Below the pieces are notes generated by a model. That model had not been told where the DNA came from, did not search any database, and worked only from the letters and a program-made list of their open reading frames with translations. From a virus (taxonomy: Duplodnaviria > Caudoviricetes), in IMG/VR virus record IMGVR_UViG_3300036803_000072, positions 13,314 to 77,313 of that record: 64,000 nt of DNA, one strand, 5' to 3'. Below, piece after piece: positions 27,297 to 35,436 of the stretch. The position numbers and the translations under genes were made by a program. How positions within the stretch are numbered: position 1 is the first letter of the stretch; every line of letters starts with the position of its first letter.

Positions 27297-27450
27297 CCTG
27301 GTCTCCCTCTAGTTGTTCCATCAGGGCGTCGCGCTCCGTTTGAAGGGCGCGGCGAGCCTGGTCGGTTTGGGCGTCGGCGTAGTCCAGCGCCCGTAGGCCG
27401 GCTTTGATCTGATCGAGGCGCTGCGGCATGGTCAGCACGGCGGTACTCAT
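27289..27450 (-). CDS. Small coiled-coil protein (53 aa)
   Basis: Manual translation MSTAVLTMPQRLDQIKAGL...; ATG overlaps the sigma-factor stop. Confidence 0.5.
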   Translation of the reverse strand: MSTAVLTMPQRLDQIKAGLRALDYADAQTDQARRALQTERDALMEQLEGDQDG

Positions 27451-28067
27451 CGGATCGCCTCGGGCACTCGCCTACGCATGGCCAGCATCGCCCGATGCTG
27501 GAGGGCCTTGATGCGGCCGGTGTCGCCGCCCATGATCTCCCGGGTCTCCTCGATGGAAAGATCGCGGAAGTGGCGCAGGATCATCACCTCGCGCTGCTGC
27601 TCGCTGAGCGTGTCCAGAGCCTCGATCACCTGAGCGACACCTTCTTTTTGGATTGTTCGATGCTCGGGATCGTAGAACGGTTCCGAGTATTCGTCGTGCA
27701 CGCCGAGCATGTCCGAGCAGCAGATCTCGTTAACGGTGGACGACTTCTTGAAATAATCGAGCATGATGTTGCGAGCGATGGTGATGAACCACGCGCCGAC
27801 TGTCTTGCCGATGTTGTGCAGGGAATGGATATTTTTCAGTCCCCGCAGGAACGTCTCGGAGGCGAGGTCTTCCACTACCACGTTATCGTTTTGCATACGG
27901 AACCGTAGATAAAGGCGTACTGAGGTGTGGTAGCGGGACCACAGGTCGCCGTACGCGTCCGTGTCGCCGCTCTGCGCCCGGTAGACCAGCACCCAGGATT
28001 CGCGCTCGAAATCGGGGTCGAGCTCTCGCTGGGCGGGCTCGGGCCGGTTAATGGCCGGGGCGCTCAT
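27447..28067 (-). CDS. ECF RNA polymerase sigma factor, BldN/AdsA-like
   Basis: LVYRAQSGDTDAYGDLW, EDLASETFLRGL, GAWFITIARNIMLDYFK (region 2); LDTLSEQQREVMILRHF.DLSIEET..IMG...IKALQHRA (region 4); ATGA overlap at 28067. Confidence 0.88.
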   Translation of the reverse strand: MSAPAINRPEPAQRELDPDFERESWVLVYRAQSGDTDAYGDLWSRYHTSVRLYLRFRMQNDNVVVEDLASETFLRGLKNIHSLHNIGKTVGAWFITIARNIMLDYFKKSSTVNEICCSDMLGVHDEYSEPFYDPEHRTIQKEGVAQVIEALDTLSEQQREVMILRHFRDLSIEETREIMGGDTGRIKALQHRAMLAMRRRVPEAIR

Positions 28068-28357
28068 CGGATCGTCCCGGCGGCAACCCACTCGCCGGAG
28101 TCGCACAGCGCGGGCTGACCGCCGTCGATCTCGCACTGCTCGAAAGCCCGCGCATTGGTGTGGAAGTTGCGGCAGGTGGGGCACCAGCAGTCGGAGCAGA
28201 CGTGGTCGCCGTCGTCGGTAAGCCCGTCGTAGCCGCGCGGGTCGCAGGTGGCCAGGCGACCCTCGAAACGGTCACTGATCACTGCCGTGACGCTGTTGGC
28301 GCAGCCGACGCACGGTGCAAGGGAGCACACGAGGCGGTCAGCGGGGATGGTTGACAC
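28064..28357 (-). CDS. Cys-rich hypothetical protein
   Basis: GTG 28357 with AGGAGG RBS after a promoter motif; several CxxC pairs. Confidence 0.6.
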   Translation of the reverse strand: MSTIPADRLVCSLAPCVGCANSVTAVISDRFEGRLATCDPRGYDGLTDDGDHVCSDCWCPTCRNFHTNARAFEQCEIDGGQPALCDSGEWVAAGTIR

Positions 28358-28379
28358 AGGAGCCTCCTCTAGGAGATCG

Positions 28380-28403
28380 ACCGGAACGCTGTCCACCGTA
28401 CCA
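28380..28403 (-). promoter_or_regulatory. Element-specific promoter motif for the sigma-factor operon
   Basis: TGGTACGGT-N6-CGTTCCGGT. Confidence 0.68.
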
Positions 28404-28428
28404 CACTCCTCATGGCTGTCCAGCTATC

Positions 28429-28443
28429 CGTACAGGTTGTACG
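28429..28443. promoter_or_regulatory. Palindrome, candidate GntR operator overlapping a -10 box
   Basis: CGTACA-GGT-TGTACG; TACGCT 7 nt before ATG 28453. Confidence 0.45.
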
Positions 28444-28452
28444 CTGCCGGTC

Positions 28453-28701
28453 ATGGCAATCACTGTGACCCGTTCATGGACCGACGATCTGCAAGACGCG
28501 CGAGAGCGCATGAGAGAGGCGCGCAAAGCCCTAGAGGATTTGTCCGCTCACCTGGATGCACTAGCGGGGAACCCGACGCGAGGGCACGCCTACCAGGTCT
28601 CCCGCACCGCGATCCTCGCAAAGACCCTGGTTAAGGAGACCTGCGAACACGGGCATCGGGCCGTCGCCGACTACCTGGGAAACCCCGCCAACCACGACTA
28701 G
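28453..28701 (+). CDS. Small helical hypothetical protein
   Basis: 82 aa from ATG 28453; leaderless-type -10 box. Confidence 0.55.
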   Translation: MAITVTRSWTDDLQDARERMREARKALEDLSAHLDALAGNPTRGHAYQVSRTAILAKTLVKETCEHGHRAVADYLGNPANHD

Positions 28702-28828
28702 GCTGCCCGCGTGGATGGGACCTGCCCGCGCTGTCATCGCCCGCGCTACGTGGTGTGTTCGCCCTACGTTGGCGCGATGGGCTGGTGCCCCTGCCGTCCA
28801 GACGGAGCGCAGCTATGGCCGGAGCTAG

Positions 28829-29662
28829 TCAGAGCTCAGTCTCATACAGCAACGAATAAGACGCGGCCTCGACCACGGTGACAGAGAACTCCACCGCCCG
28901 CTGCCCGGCATAGAACACCCGCTCCACCTCCAGAACGCCGCTGGTGGTCTCAATACCCAGCGCGCGGCGCTCTAGCGGAGTCGGCGCCCGCCAACGGGCC
29001 TCCTCCCGCACGCGGGTGACCTCTTGCCCGATGCTGTAGAGCTCGGCGATAGTCCCACCGGGCCACGGCTGGCGCTTCGGATCAGCCACCGGAGTGTTCT
29101 CCACCAGCGGTAGCGGGATCACCGAAGTCTGTAGCTGCACCGTCACGCCATGCACACGCTTGACCAGCTGCCTGCGCAGCACCCACCAACTGGTACCCGT
29201 CGTCGGCCCCAGTTCGAGCCGGTTCGCTTCCTTCGGCGAGGCGAGAACCTCCTCATACGCGGTGCCCACCCCGTAGGCCGACCAGTCGACACCGTGATCC
29301 TCGGTGAATGCCGAGGAGTCCGGATGTACACCGCCGTTGGCCCGGATCTTCTCCAGGGCCTCGGCGTAGCGGCTCGTGGTCATCCGACGCACCTGCCGTT
29401 GCGCGGCTACTCGCGCGGGACGCCCGGTGCGCTTAACGAGTAGGCCTTCAGCGACCAGGGTGGACAGCGCGTGGCGCACGGTGTTGCGGTGCAGCCCGGA
29501 TGCCTCAGCGAGATCAGCCTCGGCCGGTAGCGCCTCGTGCGGACCCAGGTCGCCGGACGCGATGGCGTCCCGCAGCACCGTCGCGAGCTGCTGATACAGC
29601 GCCCCGCCGGTTTCGTCGTACGGGTTTACCCGCGCCCGCACTGTCTCTAGGTCCAATGGCAC
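28829..29662 (-). CDS. GntR-family (HTH + UTRA) repressor, KorSA/TraR-like
   Basis: LYQQLATVLRDAI.SG.L...LPAEADLA...HRNTVRHAL..LVAEGLL HTH; UTRA-like C-terminus (RVREE, LEVERVFY...AVEFS); divergent from the tra operon; TATGAT 6 nt before GTG. Confidence 0.88.
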   Translation of the reverse strand: MPLDLETVRARVNPYDETGGALYQQLATVLRDAIASGDLGPHEALPAEADLAEASGLHRNTVRHALSTLVAEGLLVKRTGRPARVAAQRQVRRMTTSRYAEALEKIRANGGVHPDSSAFTEDHGVDWSAYGVGTAYEEVLASPKEANRLELGPTTGTSWWVLRRQLVKRVHGVTVQLQTSVIPLPLVENTPVADPKRQPWPGGTIAELYSIGQEVTRVREEARWRAPTPLERRALGIETTSGVLEVERVFYAGQRAVEFSVTVVEAASYSLLYETEL

Positions 29663-29703
29663 GGGTGCATCATAGCGCAGCTGTGCAGCTATCCACCTAT
29701 ACC

Positions 29704-29717
29704 GCTGTACGTACAGC
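29704..29717. promoter_or_regulatory. Perfect 14-bp palindrome, candidate Kor operator
   Basis: GCTGTACGTACAGC between the divergent GntR and tra promoters. Confidence 0.65.
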
Positions 29718-29807
29718 AGGGTGTACTCTGATCAAACCGCGCCTGCCGGGCGGGTGAACTGGCTTCCGCGCCTGGCAGGCGCCACCAACGAGAGAGAGGA
29801 GACGCCG

Positions 29808-30704
29808 ATGGGCGCGCATCAGTCCGTCAGCCACGCGACTGATGCGCGCCTACTCGATCGTTGGACCCGCACCGGTGTCGCCGTCGCGGTCGCTCCCCTG
29901 TTGCCGTGGGGCGCGGTGCACGTCTTCCTACTCGCCGCCGCGTGCGGCATCCCCTCGTGGGTGGCTTGGATTCCCGCTCTGTCGACCACGGGCGTGATGA
30001 TCGCCTCGACCCGGCTGGCGCTCCAGCACAAGCTCGACCGCCACACCCGCGCGCTGGCCAAATACCTCTCCTGGTTCGCGATCACCCTCGACGCCCTGGT
30101 GTCGGGCATCTACCACGTGCTGCCCGTCCACCTCACGCCGAGCGCAGTCGTGATCTTCACCGTCGCCATCCTCCCCGCGATCATGGGCGGACTGCTGTGG
30201 CACATCCGGTCACTAGCCGGGGCGCAGGAATCCCGCGCAGCCGCCGAGGCAGCAGAGGCGGCCATCGCTGCGCAGACCGCTACGGCCGAGCTCGATGCGC
30301 AACGTCAAGCCCTCGCCCTCCAGGCCAGCGCCGACGAACAGCGCCGTCTCGACGAACTCAATCACGCGCAACAGATCGCAGACATCCGCAAGCAAGCGGC
30401 GCACGCCGCCGAACGTGAGCAGGCCGCCCGCAAGCGAGTCGCCGACGCGGTCACCGCGCCGAGCAAGCCACACCTCGTGCCCGACCCTCCGGCCGGGCCG
30501 GTGGACGCGCTGGGGCGCCCGGCGAAGGCGTCTCCGAAGCGGGACAAGGCCCTGCGCTACCTGATTGCCCAGGCAGGACGCCTCGACGAGGTCACCGCCG
30601 CTGAGGTCGATCGACACATCGAGTCCAAGGGCTACGCCCGTAAGTACCTGACCGAATGGAAGGCCGGCGTGCGGACGCACGTCACGAACAAGGGTGCCGC
30701 GTGA
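29808..30704 (+). CDS. Membrane protein, Spd/DUF2637-like spread protein
   Basis: GAGGAG RBS; four N-terminal TM helices, a coiled coil and a C-terminal helical domain; first gene of the operon containing TraB. Confidence 0.65.
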   Translation: MGAHQSVSHATDARLLDRWTRTGVAVAVAPLLPWGAVHVFLLAAACGIPSWVAWIPALSTTGVMIASTRLALQHKLDRHTRALAKYLSWFAITLDALVSGIYHVLPVHLTPSAVVIFTVAILPAIMGGLLWHIRSLAGAQESRAAAEAAEAAIAAQTATAELDAQRQALALQASADEQRRLDELNHAQQIADIRKQAAHAAEREQAARKRVADAVTAPSKPHLVPDPPAGPVDALGRPAKASPKRDKALRYLIAQAGRLDEVTAAEVDRHIESKGYARKYLTEWKAGVRTHVTNKGAA

Positions 30705-31849
30705 TGGCCACAAAGACAGATACCTCACTGGAGAAGGCCCTAGCTGCCGCGCTGAAGGCGGCCGGGGTCAAGTCCACCGGAAGCAAGACCAAGCGCAAGC
30801 CGTTCGGCAAGGGCCGGGTAGGGCGACTGTGGCGCAAAGAGCGGGAGGGCTGGAAGGAACGCAAGGCGGCCCGCAAAGGCAACCGCGAACCGAAGATCAA
30901 GACGCGTCGGGCGCGGTTCGCCGAACGTTTCAAGGCCCGCGTCGAACGCCTGCGGTACGGCAGCGCGCACTGCGGCAACTGCGGGGCCCGCATGTCCGGC
31001 AAAGACGCCGCCGGGCACGCCTGCGGGGGCAAGTCCAGCCCCGAGAAGTTCACCAAGATGAAGGCCCAGCTGCGTGACGTCGCCCGCAAGGAAGTCAAGC
31101 GCCAGGGCACCAACCGAGAGGCGAGGCGCGACCACCGCCAGGCCCGCAAAGACACCATGACCCGACCGGCACGGGTCGCGGACACGGTGATCCGACGTAC
31201 CGCGCTGGTCGCCGGTTTCGCGGGCCGGTGCACCGAGTGCAACTCGATCATCCGCAACCACGAGGCGACCACCCACAAATGCTGGTCGGCCGAGCGCACG
31301 GCGGGCACCGACAGCCGGGCTGACAACACCACCCAGCCGGGCGGCAAGAGGCTCGGCACCGACAACGCAACCCAGCCCAACCCGGCTCCGGCAACCAGCA
31401 ACGGCGCGACACCACCGGCGACACAACCCAACAGGAAGGCAGGACCAGCTATGACCAGTCCCAACGGCAAGGGTGGTGGCGGTGGCCCGTCCGGGCACGC
31501 CCAGGCCATCGCCCAGGCCATGCACAACTGGGCGCAGAACGTGCCCGGTACGCACTCCGAGATGGAAGCCGACATGCGCTCCATGCAGTGGCTGTTCGCC
31601 TCGGCCATGCCCTCCGCCATTCAGGCACGCGGGCAGGCGATGCTCGCGAAGCAGTTCCACCCGGAGTGCATCCGTCCCCTGATCGGGGTGGAAACCAACT
31701 GCGCCCAGGCCGGCGCCGGCTTCATGGAGTGCTACATGGCGATCACCACCATGTACAAGGCGCTGCTGGAGCACTACGCGGCCGGAACCCCCGACCCCGG
31801 CCGCACCTACCTGTCCGACGGCCGTGTCCCGGCCGGCGCGACCGCGTAA
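30701..31849 (+). CDS. Tra accessory protein: basic N-terminus with two Zn-knuckle-like motifs; probable second in-frame start at 31451
   Basis: CGNC...HAC and CTEC...HKC; GTGA overlap with the upstream gene; AGGAAGG RBS before internal ATG 31451. Confidence 0.6.
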   Translation: MMATKTDTSLEKALAAALKAAGVKSTGSKTKRKPFGKGRVGRLWRKEREGWKERKAARKGNREPKIKTRRARFAERFKARVERLRYGSAHCGNCGARMSGKDAAGHACGGKSSPEKFTKMKAQLRDVARKEVKRQGTNREARRDHRQARKDTMTRPARVADTVIRRTALVAGFAGRCTECNSIIRNHEATTHKCWSAERTAGTDSRADNTTQPGGKRLGTDNATQPNPAPATSNGATPPATQPNRKAGPAMTSPNGKGGGGGPSGHAQAIAQAMHNWAQNVPGTHSEMEADMRSMQWLFASAMPSAIQARGQAMLAKQFHPECIRPLIGVETNCAQAGAGFMECYMAITTMYKALLEHYAAGTPDPGRTYLSDGRVPAGATA

Positions 31850-31870
31850 GAAAGGAAAGGCAAGACCACC

Positions 31871-34000
31871 ATGACTAAGCGCGTCGGTCACGCCCCGGCG
31901 ATCACCTCGGAGCAGAGCTGGGGTGATTGGTATAACGCCAATCGTCTCCTGCTCAACCCGCTCGTTACGGGGACGGTCGTCGGGCTGGCCGGCGTGGTCA
32001 ACGCGCTGATCCTGCCGTTGTGGCCGCACACCGTCCTGTGGGTGGGGATCGGGCTACTCGTCGCCCTGTTCACGACGGTGAATCTGAAGGACCGGGGGCA
32101 GCGCGCGTTCTATCGGGCGTTCTTTGTGGCTACCGCCGCATGGTTTTTCGCGCTCGAAACGTCACTAGCGGCCAACCACTGGCGGGCGTTCGTTGTGGGC
32201 TGGTTGTGCGCCACCCTGGTCGGCTGCGGCGGGTATTGGACCGACCAGCGGGTGCGCTCAAAGATCCGACTGTCGGATGATGAGGCGGCATGGCCGGACC
32301 TGGCGGCGAGCATCGGCATCCCGAAAGCATGGATCACTCCGAAGAAAACGACCGAGTCGGGCTACTCCCGGCGTTTGTCGTGGCCCCGGGGTACCTACCA
32401 GATCTCGCGCATCAAGGGCCTCTCCGAGGCACTGGAGAACGCGCTCGGTATCCCGCACGGGCAGATGCGTCTCATGCCGGTGAAGGACAAAGACGAGAAT
32501 ATCGACTCGGGCTCCATCGATATTGTGGTGAACACCAACGCCGCATCCCGTAAGGCACCGGTGCCGTTCACCGTGCCCACCATGCGCCACATCACCGACC
32601 CGATGAACGTCGGCCCCTATGAGGACGGCGAGGACTGTGAGGTCTGCTGGTACACAAAGGGCTACGGCGGTATTCACACTCTGGCGGCCGGCATCACCCG
32701 CTCCGGCAAGTCCGGCCTGTATCACCTGATGCTCGCCGAAACTGCGGCGTGCACGGATGTGGTGCGTCTCGGTATCGACGCTAAAGGCGGCATGGCGCTG
32801 CGCCCGTGGGCGCCGATGTTCGAGTGGCTGGTCTGTGGCCGCAACTCCAAGGCTCAAGAGGAGCAGGCGGCGATGCTGGAATGGCTCGACGCCGAAATGA
32901 TGGAGCGAGAGACCTACGCGGCCGAGAAAGGCTGGGACGTGTGGCGGGTGTCCAGGAAACACCCGTTGATCATCCTCTATATCGATGAGGTCAAAGAAGT
33001 CCTCGGCATGAAGCTGGAGAACTTCACCGCCCTAGAACTGGTGGGGAAGATCGGCACGATGGGTACCGGTGTCGGTGTCCTGTTGTGCCTAGCCACCCAG
33101 CACCCAACGTTGGAGGCGTTGGCGTCGAGCCAGATCCAGGCCAACATCGGTCGGCGGTTCTGTTTCCGGGTAGAGCGGGTGGCACACCAGTACGTGATCC
33201 TGCCTAAGGGCACCGACATTGACGCCACGTTCCCGGACAAGCCGTCAGGCGATAAGGGCGCGGGGCACTGCTTCCTCAATGACGGCGGTTCGATGAAGCC
33301 GATGTCACTGCGTGTTCGCCACGTCAACCGGGGCAAGATCCGGGGCATCGTGGAGGAGTACTGGGAGTCGAAGTGCCCGATGCGGCCACTGAACACGAAG
33401 GTGCGGGTAGACGCGTGGGATGACCGCAAGCGTTGGACGCTAGCGGATCTGCCCCGGCCGGAAGACGAGGACGCGGATGAGATCTGGGAGGACGAGGGGC
33501 CCGAGATCGTGCCCGAGGATGACGACGTGCCGGGCACGGCGGGACTGTTCGATGAGACTGTGACCGTGACTCAACCGGGTCCGGGAAAGGTGACTGAGAC
33601 CGTGACTGTGGACGGGAATGAGAGGGTGACTGAGATGGTGACTGAGACGAACGAGCAGGTACCGGCGGGTGTGGATATCGACTTCGAGACGCTGCTGACG
33701 CCGCGCACACCGGAGGACGCGAGGATCCTGGCGAAGGCCCAGGCCGACTTCGCGGAGGAGATGGCGGAGTGGCCGACGGAGAAGGCACGGACCGAGTTCT
33801 GGCGCGTGTTCGGTTTGGCGGGCTCGGACGGGATCCGGGTGGGCAAGCTCGCGGAACTGTGCCACCGGTCCACGTCGTGGGCCAGTGAGGAGCTGCGGGT
33901 GGCTCGTGAGGCGGGCCTGTTGGTGCCGGCAGCGACGAAGGGCTACTACCGGATCGCCCCCGGTGCGGAGATTCCCACCGCCCGCGCTCACGCTGAGTAG
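31871..34000 (+). CDS. traB: FtsK/SpoIIIE-family DNA translocase, TraB-like (TM + ATPase + winged HTH)
   Basis: Four N-terminal TM segments; Walker A GITRSGKS; Walker B ILYIDE; LATQHP; QANIGRRFCFRV; C-terminal wHTH (GIRVGKLAELCHRSTSWASEEL...GYYRI); context of GntR and membrane genes. Confidence 0.85.
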   Translation: MTKRVGHAPAITSEQSWGDWYNANRLLLNPLVTGTVVGLAGVVNALILPLWPHTVLWVGIGLLVALFTTVNLKDRGQRAFYRAFFVATAAWFFALETSLAANHWRAFVVGWLCATLVGCGGYWTDQRVRSKIRLSDDEAAWPDLAASIGIPKAWITPKKTTESGYSRRLSWPRGTYQISRIKGLSEALENALGIPHGQMRLMPVKDKDENIDSGSIDIVVNTNAASRKAPVPFTVPTMRHITDPMNVGPYEDGEDCEVCWYTKGYGGIHTLAAGITRSGKSGLYHLMLAETAACTDVVRLGIDAKGGMALRPWAPMFEWLVCGRNSKAQEEQAAMLEWLDAEMMERETYAAEKGWDVWRVSRKHPLIILYIDEVKEVLGMKLENFTALELVGKIGTMGTGVGVLLCLATQHPTLEALASSQIQANIGRRFCFRVERVAHQYVILPKGTDIDATFPDKPSGDKGAGHCFLNDGGSMKPMSLRVRHVNRGKIRGIVEEYWESKCPMRPLNTKVRVDAWDDRKRWTLADLPRPEDEDADEIWEDEGPEIVPEDDDVPGTAGLFDETVTVTQPGPGKVTETVTVDGNERVTEMVTETNEQVPAGVDIDFETLLTPRTPEDARILAKAQADFAEEMAEWPTEKARTEFWRVFGLAGSDGIRVGKLAELCHRSTSWASEELRVAREAGLLVPAATKGYYRIAPGAEIPTARAHAE
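33560..33648 (+). repeat. GTGACT(GAGA) repeats inside traB
   Basis: GTGAC(T) at 33560, 33566, 33590, 33602, 33626 and 33638, encoding VT/VTE repeats. Confidence 0.6.
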
Positions 34001-34008
34001 TGGTGCCT

Positions 34009-34161
34009 ACTGGCGAGTCGAACTCGCCAGTGGACGCCAGACCTCGCCAGTCGGGCACCCCGCGCAGCTCCCACCTTAGGGATACTTCGCGGGGTGCCCA
34101 GAGGTCGCCAGGAGGCACCAGACCTCACCAACCCTCACCAGAGGTCGCCAGGAGGCACCAG
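34009..34161 (+). repeat. 10-bp-periodic repeat array downstream of traB (clt/iteron candidate)
   Basis: Three 10-mers ending CGCCAG (34021-50); seven consecutive 10-mers ending CCA (34091-34160), including an exact 20-bp duplication; inverted repeats 34009-18/34022-31 and 34053-64/34088-99. Confidence 0.7.
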
Positions 34162-34194
34162 CGACCCGCTACCCACTGAGACGAGTGGTTACAG

Positions 34195-34503
34195 ATGGTT
34201 ACCATGCAGGCGGTTGCCGAGCAGAGCTCCGGCGGCGGCACAGGCGGGCTGATCCTGCTCGCCCTCGGTGCCCTGCTGTGGTGGTTCGTCAAAGTGCAGC
34301 GCGACCCGTTGCGGCTGTGCCAGAAGTGCAAGGGCAAGCCACCGGGGGACGGACGGGGCAACTTCCACCACTGCCGCCGCTGCGGTGGCAACGCCCGGGT
34401 ACTCAAACCGTCGGCGTGGGCACTGATGAAGGCAGGCGTCCCGGTGCCGCGTGCACGGAGCTCGAAGCAGCATCCGTTCCGCGTGCCTAAGGACGGCGAG
34501 TAG
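34195..34503 (+). CDS. Membrane-anchored DnaJ-type zinc-finger protein
   Basis: TM helix followed by CQKCKG...CRRCGG. Confidence 0.65.
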   Translation: MVTMQAVAEQSSGGGTGGLILLALGALLWWFVKVQRDPLRLCQKCKGKPPGDGRGNFHHCRRCGGNARVLKPSAWALMKAGVPVPRARSSKQHPFRVPKDGE

Positions 34504-34632
34504 ACGCGAGTCCGGTTCCCAAAGGTGACTGTGCCCCACCTCCAGACGCGGGGGGTGGGGCACAGTCCTGGGTGGTTCAGTCACGCTCACAGTCACTCCA
34601 CGATCTCTACGGGCACGCCTGGGTGGTGCTGT

Positions 34633-34806
34633 TCAGTCCCTGTCGGCGGCGCGCTGATTCTGGTCACCGTAGTAGTGGTAGTAGTCGGCGTGGTCGGTGT
34701 TGCCGGCAGCTTCCGCCTGATCGCCGGCTGCATTCCAGTAGTCCGCCCAGTCCTGACGGGAAGAGATTCCTAGCCGGGCGGCGTAGTCACCAGAGTTGCT
34801 TTTCAT
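34633..34806 (-). CDS. Small acidic/aromatic peptide (57 aa)
   Basis: AAGGAG RBS; MKSNSGDYAARLG...DWADYWN...DHADYYHYYG. Confidence 0.55.
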   Translation of the reverse strand: MKSNSGDYAARLGISSRQDWADYWNAAGDQAEAAGNTDHADYYHYYGDQNQRAADRD

Positions 34807-34852
34807 GGTCGGTCTCCTTATAGGTCGAATGGATAGCGTTCTTAATTACGGG

Positions 34853-35251
34853 TCACCACGGGTCGTAGTCCCCGAACTCGGCCACCAACTCATCCCAGCT
34901 GACCATGCACCCCCCGACCTCGATCCCGGTAGGTGCACCGGTGCCGTTGTCGTAGGTCATGTGGTACAGCAGGTGATAGGCGTACTCCAGGGTGTACCCC
35001 TCAGCCGCGTCGCTGGTCATGGGTTCGCGGTACCGCTTGTAATGCAGGACCACCAGTACCCGTGGGTAGGACAGGTGCTTTTCCAGCGCGACGAGTCGCA
35101 TTCTCCACTGGTCGATCTGCTTATGACAGAGGTCGATCTGTTGCGTCAGGTCGAAGTTGGGGTCTTTGAGTTGCTCTGCCACGATCACAGCATGGGTGTA
35201 GGCCATCCAGTCGGTTTCGCCGATGGGGGAAGTCGTGGCCACGTCAGTCAC
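34853..35251 (-). CDS. Hypothetical protein
   Basis: 132-aa ORF with a GTGA overlap. Confidence 0.55.
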   Translation of the reverse strand: MTDVATTSPIGETDWMAYTHAVIVAEQLKDPNFDLTQQIDLCHKQIDQWRMRLVALEKHLSYPRVLVVLHYKRYREPMTSDAAEGYTLEYAYHLLYHMTYDNGTGAPTGIEVGGCMVSWDELVAEFGDYDPW

Positions 35252-35406
35252 TTACCGGGTAAAGGTTGGCGAGCTCCCAACGCGTCATCTCCAAGCGTTC
35301 GGCCATAACGGCGTCGGATTCGTATCCGCCTCCGGTGTCTGGGTTCCACCAGGAGTGGTCGCCTACGGGGACGGCGTTGTCTGCGGGTTTGTCGCCTCTG
35401 GTCATG
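35248..35406 (-). CDS. Small hypothetical protein (52 aa)
   Basis: Manual translation; GGAG RBS; coupled to the next ORF. Confidence 0.45.
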   Translation of the reverse strand, partial: HDQRRQTRRQRRPRRRPLLVEPRHRRRIRIRRRYGRTLGDDALGARQPLPGK

Positions 35407-35436
35407 GTCAGTCTCCCGAGGATCGAGGGGTAGCGG

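Noticed and set aside
30740-32029. 429-aa and 312-aa minus-strand ORFs opposite the tra genes
   Set aside because: Antisense shadows; no independent signals
34009-34161. CRISPR array
   Set aside because: Units are 10 bp with no unique spacers, and no cas genes are present
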